A stretch of DNA of 64,000 nt from an uncultured Bacilli bacterium (GCA_944349595.1 CALVNF010000003.1:19356-83355), one strand, 5' to 3'; positions 19,794-30,580 are shown, counted from the stretch's first letter. The notes: a model not told the origin generated them from the sequence alone. Program-made: numbers and translations.

Positions 19794-20606
19794 TTAAATG
19801 TAATATATATGTTTATCAGCATCAGTATGTTGTAATGATAAATTTAAACATAATAAAACTGTTTCAATAAACTGATTTGTAAATATATCAAATAATTTAG
19901 AATTTGGTAGATTTCCTTTAAAAACATTATGTAAAAATCTACCTAAAATTATTACATTTTTATCACTTAAAAACTTAATAAGTTCCGTTAATTTTGTAGT
20001 TTCCTCTATAAAAATAACATTAAAATTCTCCTCTAAAAAACTATTAATGTTTGTGTTATTGAATTTAGGGGAAACTACATAATAGGCGGAAGAATTAAAA
20101 CAAGATATAGCAAAATGTTTGAGTTGTAGAAAATCTCTTTCTATTTCAAAGAAAATATTTAAGTCTTGTTTAGTTTGAGTTAATACACCAATTACCGGAA
20201 TTATATTATTCTTTGAAATTTCATCAAAAAATTCTCTACTACTATCCAAAATTAAAATAGCATCACTATTGTGTAATTCTGATTTTAAATCAGAAGAAAC
20301 AATTGATAATTGGTAATTATTTTTAATAAATATCTTAGTTAATTGATCAATAAAATACCTGTAATCAATTGCTGTAAAAGTAGAAAAATTTTCTATATAT
20401 AAACTGACAATTTTATAGGATTTACCTAATGCTAAATTTCTTGCATTATTTGAAATTTTATAATTAAAGAAACTTGCAACTTGTATAACTTTAAGTCGAG
20501 TTTCGTCTGAAATATTCTTACCTTCTTTATTATTTAAAACGTAAGATACGGTAGCGATTGAAACTCCAGAAATTCTTGCAATATCTTTAATTGTAATTTG
20601 TTTCAT
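19794..20606 (-). CDS. LacI-family transcriptional regulator (short, 270 aa)
   Basis: N-terminal LacI-type HTH (IKDIARISGVSIATVSYVLNN) and the start of a sugar-binding domain. About 60 aa shorter than typical LacI-family proteins. Confidence 0.65.
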   Translation of the reverse strand: MKQITIKDIARISGVSIATVSYVLNNKEGKNISDETRLKVIQVASFFNYKISNNARNLALGKSYKIVSLYIENFSTFTAIDYRYFIDQLTKIFIKNNYQLSIVSSDLKSELHNSDAILILDSSREFFDEISKNNIIPVIGVLTQTKQDLNIFFEIERDFLQLKHFAISCFNSSAYYVVSPKFNNTNINSFLEENFNVIFIEETTKLTELIKFLSDKNVIILGRFLHNVFKGNLPNSKLFDIFTNQFIETVLLCLNLSLQHTDADKHIYYI

Positions 20607-20661
20607 AGTTAATAATTCTATCTTAATAATTTAAAAAAATCAAAATTTAGGTTAAAAATTT

Positions 20662-22356
20662 ATGAATAAACAAGCAATTTACCACTCAAATAATTTAAAT
20701 TATTCTTATTTCTTAAATAATAAATTTCATCTAATATTAAGAGTTTCAAAAGATGATACTTTTGATGAACTCAATATTATTTATGGACCAAAATATTATT
20801 TTCAACAAAAAGAATACCGCAAAATAGATAAACTTTATTATTTAAGATCAGATGATTTATTTAGCTATTATAAATGTGTTGTTGATATAAAAGAATACAG
20901 AATTGCATACATTTTTCAATTAAAAATAAATAATAAAGTATATTATTATTCTCAAATTGGAATATTTGAAGATAAATATAATTACGATTTATCATATTTT
21001 GATTTCTTCCAATTTTCAAATGCATTAAACGACAAAATTAAAATATATAAAGAATTTAATAAACTAAGTATTTATCAAATATTTGTTGACAGATTTATGG
21101 TTGGAAATACTAAGCATAAAGAATACGTTAACCTAAAAATAGATGAACTTCCAAATAGTAAGTCTTTTTTTGGTGGAGATTTAAAAGGAATTTATAATTC
21201 TTTAGAATATATAAAATCTTTAGGATTTAACGCAATTTATTTAACTCCAATTTTTAAATCGATTTCTAATCATAAATACGATATTTATGATTATTTTAAT
21301 GTTGATAAACAATTTGGAAGTAAGAAAGATTTAAAATTACTTGTAGATAAAGCTCACAAATTAGGAATCAAAATAATTTTAGATATGGTTTTTAATCATT
21401 GTTCAAATAAGAACAAAATATTCTTAGATGTTAAAAAACACAACAAAACCTCAAAATTTTCTAAATTATTCTTCTTAAAAAATATAAAAGAAAATAAATT
21501 TGATTATGAAACTTATTTTCTTTTAGATTATATGCCAAGACTTAATACAAATAATATTGAAACTCAAAAATATTTTGAAAAAGTTACAAAGTATTATGCA
21601 ACTAAGTTTAATATCGATGTTTTTAGATTAGATGTTTGCGAAGAATTATCTAAATCATTTTTAATTGATTTAAATAAATCTCTTAAACAAATTAATCCAA
21701 ACATTATTCTTTTTGGTGAAAATTGGCATTTAGATAATACTGATTTAAATCCAAATATTATTGATTCACAAACTAACTACTTTTTATTAAGAATTTTAAT
21801 GGATTTTTACAAAAATAATGTAAATCTTAACGAAACTATTAATAATTTTAATAAGATATTAAATACATATAATCCAATTTATTTAAATAGATTAATAAAT
21901 ATTTTAGATTGTCATGATACAGATAGATTTTATACAGTAGTTAATAAAAACTATGATAAATATTTAAGTGCTTACACTATTAACTTCTTCTTTCCAGGAG
22001 TTCCTTTATTTTATTATGGCGATGAAATTCCTCTTGAAGGAGGTTTTGATCCAGATAATCGAAGACCATTTAATATGGAATTAGTTAATAAAAATTCAAA
22101 AATATATAAACTTATTGTCTTTTTAAATACTCTTAGAAGAAATCATTTAATTGATTTAGATACAAAAATCTATGAGTATAACAATCTTTTATGTATAGAG
22201 AGATTTAATGATAAAAAATCATACAAACTATACATAAATAATTCAAATGAAGATATTTCATTTGAATGCAACAAATTAGTTCTTTATAGCAATCTATTTG
22301 ATAAAAATAAGATTGAAAAAGATGGATTTTTAATTTTAGAGGAGGATTTATCATGA
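20662..22356 (+). CDS. Cytoplasmic GH13 enzyme (neopullulanase/cyclomaltodextrinase-like), paralog of 11675-13378
   Basis: 564 aa. GH13 blocks (MVFNH, VFRLDVCEEL, GENW, DCHDTDR) and the same N-terminal domain architecture as the paralog. Confidence 0.8.
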   Translation: MNKQAIYHSNNLNYSYFLNNKFHLILRVSKDDTFDELNIIYGPKYYFQQKEYRKIDKLYYLRSDDLFSYYKCVVDIKEYRIAYIFQLKINNKVYYYSQIGIFEDKYNYDLSYFDFFQFSNALNDKIKIYKEFNKLSIYQIFVDRFMVGNTKHKEYVNLKIDELPNSKSFFGGDLKGIYNSLEYIKSLGFNAIYLTPIFKSISNHKYDIYDYFNVDKQFGSKKDLKLLVDKAHKLGIKIILDMVFNHCSNKNKIFLDVKKHNKTSKFSKLFFLKNIKENKFDYETYFLLDYMPRLNTNNIETQKYFEKVTKYYATKFNIDVFRLDVCEELSKSFLIDLNKSLKQINPNIILFGENWHLDNTDLNPNIIDSQTNYFLLRILMDFYKNNVNLNETINNFNKILNTYNPIYLNRLINILDCHDTDRFYTVVNKNYDKYLSAYTINFFFPGVPLFYYGDEIPLEGGFDPDNRRPFNMELVNKNSKIYKLIVFLNTLRRNHLIDLDTKIYEYNNLLCIERFNDKKSYKLYINNSNEDISFECNKLVLYSNLFDKNKIEKDGFLILEEDLS

Positions 22357-23828
22357 AAAAATCTATTTTTTGGCTATTACCTATCTTACTTTTATCATCT
22401 TGTGGTCCAAGTGGACAAGATGGTACAAGTGTAGGTGGAGATGTTAGCGAACTCATTTTTTCTAAATTCGACGGTAATTTAGAAAAAGAAAGAGGTGCTG
22501 TATTGCACATCTTAGAAAATGACTTGGCTAAAGAATCAGGTTATCTTAAAGAATTACTCGATGGCTTTAATGAAAAATATGCTGAATATGGAATTACAGC
22601 TGTTGATGCAAATCTTGATGAATACACTGACTTAGTCAATTCTGGACCTTATGGAACAGGACCTGATGTCTTATATCAAGCAAATGACTCATTAATGAAA
22701 TATGTTCCTGGTAAACATATTTTACCAATTCCAGTTGATAGACTTGAATGTTATGATCAAGTTTCTCAAATTGGTTGGGATACATTTACAAGTGATGCAA
22801 ATTATAATTCTACATTCACTTATGGAGTTCCAGTAAATATTCAAACACCACTTCTTTATTATAGAAAAGACTTACTACCAAGTGATTGGCAAGCAAATTG
22901 GGATGATAATAAAAATAATATTCCTGATATGGTTGAAACAAGGAATAGTATGTATCAATATTCAAAACAATTAAAAGAGTCTTCTGGCGGAACTAAATTT
23001 GGCTTTATGAGAGCAATGCAAGATTCATACTTTGTTTCGGGATATTTATTTACATATGGTGCATATATCTTTGGAAACAATAATAAAGATACAAAAGATA
23101 TCGGTATGCATAAAGGTAATGCAAAATATGGAGCAAAATTTATTAGAGATTTCTCTGCTGTAATGGATAATAGATGTACTGATTTAACTATCAATGCAAC
23201 TGGTTATTCTTTACTTGCAAATGGAGAAATGTTTGCAACAACAAATACTCCAGATACAACAAGAAGTTATATTACAACTTTTAGAGATGTATTAATAAAT
23301 CCAACAGGTCAATACAAAATGACAGCTGAAGAAGCAAATAAATATATTGATGAAAATCTTGTAATTACAACTCTTCCAAAAATGCCTAAAAATGGTGATG
23401 TTACAGATCCAAATGAAACTGAATTTATTGATACCACAATGATGGGTGGAATTCATGGTTATTCTATTTCTGCTTATACAAAATATCCAAATGCATGTTT
23501 AGCATTTTTAGATTACGCTACAAGTTATGAACTTCTAAAAAAGAGAACTGAGACTTTACAATTATCTCCTGCAAGAGAAGATTTAGCTGAAGTTACAACT
23601 CCAATTAATAAAGAAATTTATAACATGTTAGAAAATGGAACCATCTATATGATGCCTTCAATTGAAGAATTAGCATTATTCTGGCCATCTGCTCAAACTT
23701 TATTTGCTGATTTAGCAACTGATGGATTAAGAAAAGATAATTTCCGTTATGATACATTAGATAAGATACAAGCTGCCTTAGAAAAATTATCGAAAGATGT
23801 TTATGATGCAATTTGGACATTGCAATAA
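22353..23828 (+). CDS. Sugar ABC transporter substrate-binding lipoprotein
   Basis: 491 aa. Lipobox LLSSCGPSG. ATGA overlap with the upstream gene. Located immediately 5' of malF/malG/malK. Confidence 0.75.
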   Translation: MKKSIFWLLPILLLSSCGPSGQDGTSVGGDVSELIFSKFDGNLEKERGAVLHILENDLAKESGYLKELLDGFNEKYAEYGITAVDANLDEYTDLVNSGPYGTGPDVLYQANDSLMKYVPGKHILPIPVDRLECYDQVSQIGWDTFTSDANYNSTFTYGVPVNIQTPLLYYRKDLLPSDWQANWDDNKNNIPDMVETRNSMYQYSKQLKESSGGTKFGFMRAMQDSYFVSGYLFTYGAYIFGNNNKDTKDIGMHKGNAKYGAKFIRDFSAVMDNRCTDLTINATGYSLLANGEMFATTNTPDTTRSYITTFRDVLINPTGQYKMTAEEANKYIDENLVITTLPKMPKNGDVTDPNETEFIDTTMMGGIHGYSISAYTKYPNACLAFLDYATSYELLKKRTETLQLSPAREDLAEVTTPINKEIYNMLENGTIYMMPSIEELALFWPSAQTLFADLATDGLRKDNFRYDTLDKIQAALEKLSKDVYDAIWTLQ

Positions 23829-23840
23829 TAAATAAAAATT

Positions 23841-25286
23841 ATGGTTCAAAGAATTACTAATTACTTTACCGCTTTAGGTAAAGTAATAAAAAATTGGTTT
23901 ATTAAACTTGGTAAGAATACAAAAAGTTTCTTTGTAAACTTACCAAGAAATACCAAAAACTTCTTTATTGGCTTGTATCAAATTATTAAACATTATTTAA
24001 TTACATCACAATATCCAGTTTATTTAAGTGCTATTGTTATGGGTTTAGGCCAAGTATTTAATAAACAATATATTAAAGCAGCTTTATATTTCTTAGTTGA
24101 AGTTGGCTTTATATTATTTATGGTCTTCTTAGGTGGTAATTATTTATCTGGATTAATTACTCTTGGTGTTAATCAAGCTGATCCTATATTAGGAATTCAA
24201 GGTGATAACTCAATTGCTTTAATGCTTATGGGATTAGTTAGTGTTGTTATTATAATTGTCTTTATTTATTTATATATTTCAAATATTAGAGACTGTTATA
24301 GAACAAGAAACGTAATTTTAAATGGTAAAAAACCAAATACATTTGTTCAAGGGTTAAAAGATTTATTAGATAAGAACTTTTATAAAACAGTTCTTGCTAT
24401 TCCATTAATTGGAGTTGCTGTATTCTCAGTTGTTCCAATTATCTTCATGATTTTAATTGCTTTTACAAATTATTCAAGTTCATTAGAACCTCCAACTGAT
24501 TTAATTGATTGGGCAGGATTTGAAAGCTTTCAAACAATATTTGGAGCTGGAAATATTTCAGATACATTCTTTAAAATCCTAGGTTGGAATATTTTATGGG
24601 CTATATTAACAACTGTTATTAACTATTTTATTGGTCTTGGTTTAGCACTTTTATTAAATAGTAAGAAATTAAAAGGGAAAGTATTTTTTAGAGCATTCCC
24701 AATTCTTGCTTATGCAATTCCAGGATTTATTACCATGTTAGCATTTAAGTTTATGTTCTCAAATGGTGGCCCAATTAATTACTATCTTAAATTATTTGGA
24801 GCGGACACAATTGATTTCTTAGGAATTGACTCTACTTGGACAGCTAGATTTATTGGCTTATTTGTTAACGCTTGGGTTAGTACTCCTTCAATTATGCTTC
24901 TTGCAACAGGTATTTTATCAAACTTAAATACCGACTTATATGAAGCAGCTTCAATTGATGGAGCAAGTAAATTTAGACAATTCTATAAGATTACATTACC
25001 ATTTGTTGTTTTCTCAACAACTCCAGTTATTATTAGTCAGTTTATATCTAACTTCAATAACTTTGGTGTTTTCTACTTCTTAAGAGGTTCAATTTATTCA
25101 TCTGGTTATTTTGTTGCATCTGATACAGATTTATTAATTAACTGGTTATATAGATTATCAATTGATCAACAAAACTATAACATTGGTGGTGCTATTTCTA
25201 TTTTAGTATTCATTATTACATCAATTATTTCATTATTAGTTTATGTTAGATCGCCTGCTTATAGAAAGGAGGATACTTATCGATGA
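23841..25286 (+). CDS. Maltodextrin ABC permease, MalF type (with N-terminal extra TM bundle)
   Basis: 481 aa. EAA motif EAASIDGASKFRQFYKITLPF. The N-terminal ~160 aa are homologous to the N-terminus of the giant permease at 5477-10015. Confidence 0.85.
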   Translation: MVQRITNYFTALGKVIKNWFIKLGKNTKSFFVNLPRNTKNFFIGLYQIIKHYLITSQYPVYLSAIVMGLGQVFNKQYIKAALYFLVEVGFILFMVFLGGNYLSGLITLGVNQADPILGIQGDNSIALMLMGLVSVVIIIVFIYLYISNIRDCYRTRNVILNGKKPNTFVQGLKDLLDKNFYKTVLAIPLIGVAVFSVVPIIFMILIAFTNYSSSLEPPTDLIDWAGFESFQTIFGAGNISDTFFKILGWNILWAILTTVINYFIGLGLALLLNSKKLKGKVFFRAFPILAYAIPGFITMLAFKFMFSNGGPINYYLKLFGADTIDFLGIDSTWTARFIGLFVNAWVSTPSIMLLATGILSNLNTDLYEAASIDGASKFRQFYKITLPFVVFSTTPVIISQFISNFNNFGVFYFLRGSIYSSGYFVASDTDLLINWLYRLSIDQQNYNIGGAISILVFIITSIISLLVYVRSPAYRKEDTYR

Positions 25287-26149
25287 TAAAAAATAAATCT
25301 AGTAAACCAAAAAGATATTTAACTACAATTTTGGTTTATATAATTACAGTTATTGTTTGTTTTATCTTCTTCTTTCCATGTTTATGGATTATATTAGCAG
25401 CCTTTTCTGGTACTGGATCTATTTATAACTTTAATGGGTTCTTTCCTCCAAACTTCTCTTTAAAAACATTTGAACAATTATTTACCGGTGTTACAGATGT
25501 TTCTGGAGATACAGTCATGTATCCTTATATGACTTGGTTCTTAAATACATTAATAATTGCATGTGCAACCGCAGTTATTGGTACACTTTTATTAATCAGT
25601 ACTGCTTATGTTATTTCAAGATTTGAATTTAAAGCCAGAAGAAAATTAATGAAAGGCGCTTTAGTTCTTGGAATGTTCCCAGCCTTTATGGGAATGACAG
25701 CGGTCTTTATTATGTGTACTCAATTCCAATTATTAAATAATTTATGGGGACCAATTTTAATGTATAGTACAACTGCTCCAGTTGGATATTTAGTTCAAAA
25801 AGGTTTCTTTGATTCCATTCCAACTTCAATTTATGAAGCAGCAAGAATTGATGGAGTTAGTAATTTTAAAGCATTCTATAAAATTACACTGCCACTTTCA
25901 AAACCAATTTTAGTCTATACAGTTTTAACTCAATTTACATGGCCTTGGAGTGATTTCATTCTTCCAAAATTATTATTACAAGATAAAAGTAATTACACAG
26001 TTGCAGTTGGATTAATGACTCTTCCTGATACAGAATTTTCAAGATTCTGTGCTGGTAGTGTATTTATTGCAGTACCAATTGTCTTGTTATATTTCTTTGT
26101 TTCAAAATATATGGTTAATGGATTAACTGCTGGTGCAGTAAAAGGTTAA
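25283..26149 (+). CDS. Maltodextrin ABC permease, MalG type
   Basis: 288 aa. EAA motif YEAARIDGVSNFKAFYKITLPLSKP. ATGA overlap with malF. Confidence 0.85.
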   Translation: MIKNKSSKPKRYLTTILVYIITVIVCFIFFFPCLWIILAAFSGTGSIYNFNGFFPPNFSLKTFEQLFTGVTDVSGDTVMYPYMTWFLNTLIIACATAVIGTLLLISTAYVISRFEFKARRKLMKGALVLGMFPAFMGMTAVFIMCTQFQLLNNLWGPILMYSTTAPVGYLVQKGFFDSIPTSIYEAARIDGVSNFKAFYKITLPLSKPILVYTVLTQFTWPWSDFILPKLLLQDKSNYTVAVGLMTLPDTEFSRFCAGSVFIAVPIVLLYFFVSKYMVNGLTAGAVKG

Positions 26150-26164
26150 TAAGGAGTTTAAAAA

Positions 26165-27355
26165 ATGGCAAAAGTTACACTTAAAAATATATACAAAGTT
26201 TATAAAGGTGGCGTCAAAGCGGTTAATGACTTTAATTTAGATATACCAGATAAAGAATTTGTCGTCTTTGTTGGACCATCTGGTTGTGGTAAATCAACAA
26301 CCTTAAGAATGATTGCTGGTCTTGAAGAAATTACCAGTGGATCATTATATATCGATGATGTTTTGGCAAACGATTTAGAACCAAAAGATAGAGATATTTC
26401 CATGGTTTTCCAAAACTATGCTTTATATCCAAATATGACTGTTTATGAAAACATGGCATTTGGTTTACAATCTCAAAAATTGCCAAAAGAAGAAATTAAA
26501 AAGAAAGTTGATCAAGCAGCTGAAATTCTTGGTATTAAAGATTATTATAATAGACAACCAAGAGAATTATCTGGTGGTCAAAGACAAAGAGTCGCTTTAG
26601 GAAGAGCAATTGTTAGAGAACCAAAAGTCTTCTTACTTGATGAACCATTAAGTAATCTTGATGCTAAATTAAGAGTTCAAATGAGATCTGAAATTACTAA
26701 ATTACATCAAAGATTACAAACAACATTTATTTATGTTACTCATGACCAAACAGAAGCTATGACAATGGGTACAAAAATTGTTGTTATGAAGGATGGTTTT
26801 ATTAAACAAGTTGACACTCCAACAAATTTATATATGCATCCTGCAAATATATTTGTTGCAACATTCTTAGGCTCACCTCAAATGAATTTATTTAATGCAA
26901 AAATTGTCAAAGATGGTAAGAAATATAAAATTTTATTAGAAGATGGAACAGAAAATGTTGTTCCACTTACAACTAATAAATTACTTGAAATTACTGATGA
27001 TAATTTTGTCGACAAAGATTTAATTTTAGGTATTAGACCTCGAGATATTCACATTGTTCCAAATACTGAAGATGGATTCAAAATTAAAGTTGAAATTGTT
27101 GAAAAATTAGGTGATGAAAACTTAATTTATACTCATTTATTTGGTAAAAAAGAATATACAATATTTGTCGTTGATGCAAAACAAGAAGTTAAAGTTGATG
27201 ATGAATTAACAATTAAGTTTGATGAACATAACATCTACTTATTTGATAAAGAAAACGAAGAATCATTATTTAAAATTCCAGAATATAACTACTTTACAAT
27301 CGATGATATTAATAAATATTTAGATATCGAAGAATTAAGCAAGAAGATATATTAA
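26165..27355 (+). CDS. Sugar ABC transporter ATP-binding protein (MalK/MsmK type)
   Basis: 396 aa. Walker A, LSGGQRQR, Walker B, TOBE-like C-terminus. Confidence 0.9.
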   Translation: MAKVTLKNIYKVYKGGVKAVNDFNLDIPDKEFVVFVGPSGCGKSTTLRMIAGLEEITSGSLYIDDVLANDLEPKDRDISMVFQNYALYPNMTVYENMAFGLQSQKLPKEEIKKKVDQAAEILGIKDYYNRQPRELSGGQRQRVALGRAIVREPKVFLLDEPLSNLDAKLRVQMRSEITKLHQRLQTTFIYVTHDQTEAMTMGTKIVVMKDGFIKQVDTPTNLYMHPANIFVATFLGSPQMNLFNAKIVKDGKKYKILLEDGTENVVPLTTNKLLEITDDNFVDKDLILGIRPRDIHIVPNTEDGFKIKVEIVEKLGDENLIYTHLFGKKEYTIFVVDAKQEVKVDDELTIKFDEHNIYLFDKENEESLFKIPEYNYFTIDDINKYLDIEELSKKIY

Positions 27356-27911
27356 AGAATTAAATACAAATAATGAAGATTTAAGCGTTGGTTTTTCACC
27401 AGATAAAGTTTCTCTTGAAAAAATTGATAATGCTCAAAAAATTAGAGTTAAATTAATTCATAATTCTAAATATACTAATTATTATGTTAATTATGCTCTT
27501 ACAGAAAATGATGAAAAAATTGTATTTAAAACAACGAATGATTTAAAAGATTCATTAAATAAAGACATTGATCTCTATGTTAAAAATGAGAACTTAGAAT
27601 TATTTATCGCTTCAAGTAAGAGTAGAATTACATGTGTTAGAGAATTAGATTCTAATTATCAACTCGCAAAATATTATTTTGTTAGAAGTAATTTATATTT
27701 CAGTGATTTAAATTTAGATTCAAAGAAAAAATATCTTAGAGGAAAAATTGTTGATATTGATTACCTAAATAAAGATTATTTATTTGCAAGAGTTAAATTA
27801 TTTAAAGAAGATAAAACTTATGATATCATTTGTCCAAATGATGATAAGATTTATATCACCCAACCAGTTGTATTAGAAGCTAAAAAAGAAGAAAAACATA
27901 AAAGCTTATAA
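27339..27911 (+). other. ATG-less 190-codon open reading frame in the +1 frame immediately after malK, ending at the operon terminator (possible non-canonical-start gene or frameshift-fused tail)
   Basis: Frame is open from the stop at 27336-27338 to TAA at 27909-27911. It contains no ATG, GTG or TTG codon. Translation begins ARRYIKELNTNNEDLSVGFSPDKVSLEKIDNAQKIRVKLIHNSKYTNYYVNYALTENDEK... Composition looks coding-like. Absent from the ORF track only because it lacks a start codon. Confidence 0.3.
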
Positions 27912-27920
27912 TTATAACTA

Positions 27921-27953
27921 AAAAAAGAGGGCGTAAAATCCCTCTTTTTTTTA
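27921..27953. terminator. Bidirectional intrinsic terminator (AAAGAGGG-cgtaaaat-CCCTCTTT plus T8)
   Basis: Seen directly. Lies between the plus-strand mal operon and the convergent lipoprotein gene. Confidence 0.8.
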
Positions 27954-28069
27954 AAAATATTTTTTTCCGATAATTAATTACTACTACATCACAATTAAAA
28001 TTTATATAATTTATAACTAAACAAAATTTAATCTATCAAAATTTTAAATTATTTATTTTCGTTATCATT

Positions 28070-28510
28070 TTATCCAAAAATACCAAAATGAACAGTTAAA
28101 TCACTAACTAGTTTACAAGGTTTTAAGTAATTATTTGAAAAACCAGTTTCTTCATCAAAAGATGTTGTAAAAAATGTAAAGCTCCAATACCCATCACCAA
28201 CTAAATTAGGTACATCATAATTTAGAGTAAAGGCACCAAAATTATCAATATCTTCAGACGTGAGGTAATATCCTTTTTCAAATTTAAAAACAGTTCTAGC
28301 CAACTCATCATTTACAAAATAATAACCATTACACTCATTAGTTTCTTCATCATACGAATGCCTTAAATAAGTATGTTGAATAAAGGTTAAAGTAATTTCT
28401 TCAATTGAACTTGAATTCTTAATTGGTTCTGTGTTTGTATCTGTTGAAGAACAAGCAAATAACAAAAACAATAATGGAAATATCATAAATAAAGATAACG
28501 TTTTTTTCAT
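28070..28510 (-). CDS. Hypothetical lipoprotein (146 aa)
   Basis: Signal peptide plus lipobox (LLFLLFACSS). No recognisable domain. Confidence 0.5.
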   Translation of the reverse strand: MKKTLSLFMIFPLLFLLFACSSTDTNTEPIKNSSSIEEITLTFIQHTYLRHSYDEETNECNGYYFVNDELARTVFKFEKGYYLTSEDIDNFGAFTLNYDVPNLVGDGYWSFTFFTTSFDEETGFSNNYLKPCKLVSDLTVHFGIFG

Positions 28511-28677
28511 TATTAATTCCTCTTTTTTTATAATATCATAAGTTTAGAAAAAACTGAATAATATCTTTCAAATCAAAACTCTACATTTACTTTTTTATTT
28601 ATCAAAATTAAGCAACTTTCTATAACAAATTTTCTTCATAAAATGTCTAAATACATTCAAACAAATATTCAAGAATA

Positions 28678-28710
28678 TAAAAAATCTCTACGATTCGTAG
28701 AGATTTTTAT
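28678..28710. terminator. Intrinsic terminator ending the ribosomal protein / rpoA / rplQ operon
   Basis: 9-bp stem ATCTCTACG / CGTAGAGAT with a 3-nt loop, flanked by an A6 run and a T5 run, so it can terminate in both directions. Confidence 0.75.
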
Positions 28711-28735
28711 TATTAATCGTTAAAATTCAGTTAAC

Positions 28736-29134
28736 TTATTTGCTCCATGTAACAAGTCTAACTTCAGCACCATCACCTTTTCTTGGAGCTAATTTTAAGA
28801 CTCTTACATAACCACCATTGACACCATCAAATCTTTTTACAAGATCATTAAATAATTTATCAACAGCACTTGTTTTTTCATCAACCATTTTGTTTCTTAA
28901 TAAACTAATAGCTTGTCTTTTTGAATGTAAATCACCTTTTTTAGCAAGGCTAATAAGATGACTTGCTTTTTTAACTAAATCTTTTGTAACTGAAGTTGTA
29001 ACTTTAACGTGTTCAAATACAACTAAATCAGTTAATACATTTCTTAATAAGTTTTTGTGTTTACTAGAAGTAAAACCAGTTTTAAATCTAACACCAGCTT
29101 TACCATGTACATTTTTTCTACCGATAGCAGCCAT
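28736..29134 (-). CDS. rplQ: 50S ribosomal protein L17
   Basis: 132 aa. Conserved L17 sequence. Last gene of the alpha operon. Confidence 0.9.
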   Translation of the reverse strand: MAAIGRKNVHGKAGVRFKTGFTSSKHKNLLRNVLTDLVVFEHVKVTTSVTKDLVKKASHLISLAKKGDLHSKRQAISLLRNKMVDEKTSAVDKLFNDLVKRFDGVNGGYVRVLKLAPRKGDGAEVRLVTWSK

Positions 29135-29153
29135 TATATTATCCTCCTAATAA

Positions 29154-30134
29154 TTAGTTGTCTTTTTTCAAAGATAAACCTAATTCTGCTAATTTATCTT
29201 GAATTTCTTTAAATGATTTTTTACCAAGATTTCTAAATTTCATGTATTCGTCTTCACTTAATTGTGTTAATTCTTGAACAGTTTGGAAACCTTGTCTTTT
29301 TAAACAATTGAATGCTCTGACACTTAAATCGAGTTCTTCAATTGACATATTATTGAATTTATCTGCTGGTTTTGCTTCTTCTTCTTTAAATGCATCGAGT
29401 TGTTGATCAACAACATTTTGTAAATCTAAGAATCTTTCAAAGTGAGCGATAAGAATTTCACTTGCAAGTTCTAAAGCTTCAACAGCAGTAATTGAACCAT
29501 CAGTTGTGACTTCTAATTTTAAGGAATCATATCTTGAATCTTGGTCAACTCTTGTTGGTTCTACTTCATAATTTACTTTTACAATTGGACTGTAATTGCT
29601 ATCTGTTGCAATAATTCCAATTTGTTTAGAATTTGTTGCTTCTAATTTCTTTTTATTTTCTTCATTTGTTAAATAGCCTCTACCATTTCTTGCATAGATG
29701 ACCATTTTTAAATGTCCACCTTCTGCTAAATGAGCTATTTCTAAATCTGGATTAATAATAGTTACATCATGTGGAACTTGTAAATCTTTTGCATATACTG
29801 TGCATGGACCAAAGACTTCGAGCTCTAATCTTTTTGTATCTTCATTATTTCCATCAATTTTTAAAATCAATCTTTTTAAATTTAATATAATTCTTGTAAC
29901 ATCTTCTTCAACACCATCAAGAGCACTAAATTCATGTAATGCACCTTCAATGTTAATTGCATATACACTAGCACCTGGAATTGAGCCTAATAATACTCTT
30001 CTTAAAGCATTTCCAAGAGTGATTCCAAAACCTCTTTCTAAAGGTTGTAATACAAATTCACCATAAACTTTATTATCAGATTGATTTAAAACTGTGAAGT
30101 TTGGCTTTTCAAATGGTTGTACAATTTTATTCAT
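29154..30134 (-). CDS. rpoA: DNA-directed RNA polymerase subunit alpha
   Basis: 326 aa, with N-terminal dimerisation domain and alpha-CTD. Position between rpsK and rplQ is canonical. Confidence 0.95.
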   Translation of the reverse strand: MNKIVQPFEKPNFTVLNQSDNKVYGEFVLQPLERGFGITLGNALRRVLLGSIPGASVYAINIEGALHEFSALDGVEEDVTRIILNLKRLILKIDGNNEDTKRLELEVFGPCTVYAKDLQVPHDVTIINPDLEIAHLAEGGHLKMVIYARNGRGYLTNEENKKKLEATNSKQIGIIATDSNYSPIVKVNYEVEPTRVDQDSRYDSLKLEVTTDGSITAVEALELASEILIAHFERFLDLQNVVDQQLDAFKEEEAKPADKFNNMSIEELDLSVRAFNCLKRQGFQTVQELTQLSEDEYMKFRNLGKKSFKEIQDKLAELGLSLKKDN

Positions 30135-30172
30135 TCATTAATCCTCCATAAATAACATTAAATAATTTTATA

Positions 30173-30562
30173 TTATCCACGTGGTCTTTTTGGTGGTCTA
30201 CAACCATTGTGTGGAATTGGTGTAGTATCAGTAATTGATAAAACTTTTAAACCAGCAACTTCAAGAGATCTAATTGCTGTATCTCTACCACTACCAGTAC
30301 CTTTTACAAAAACATCAACTGTTTTTAAACCTTGATCAACAGCAGCTTTTGCAGCTTGTTCAGCGGCATTTTGAGCAGCAAATGGTGTACCTTTTCTAGC
30401 ACCTTTATATCCAATTGCACCAGCACTTGACCAAGCAATAGCATTACCTTTTTCATCAGTAATTGTAACTATTGTATTATTAAAGGTTGCATGAATATGA
30501 GCTAAACCTTTAGTATAAGTTCTTTTAATTTTTTTCTTTTTGCTTACAGTTTTATTAGCCAT
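30173..30562 (-). CDS. rpsK: 30S ribosomal protein S11
   Basis: 129 aa. Conserved S11 core ([15 protein letters not shown]...). Confidence 0.95.
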   Translation of the reverse strand: MANKTVSKKKKIKRTYTKGLAHIHATFNNTIVTITDEKGNAIAWSSAGAIGYKGARKGTPFAAQNAAEQAAKAAVDQGLKTVDVFVKGTGSGRDTAIRSLEVAGLKVLSITDTTPIPHNGCRPPKRPRG

Positions 30563-30580
30563 AATTATTCTCCTTTAAGA

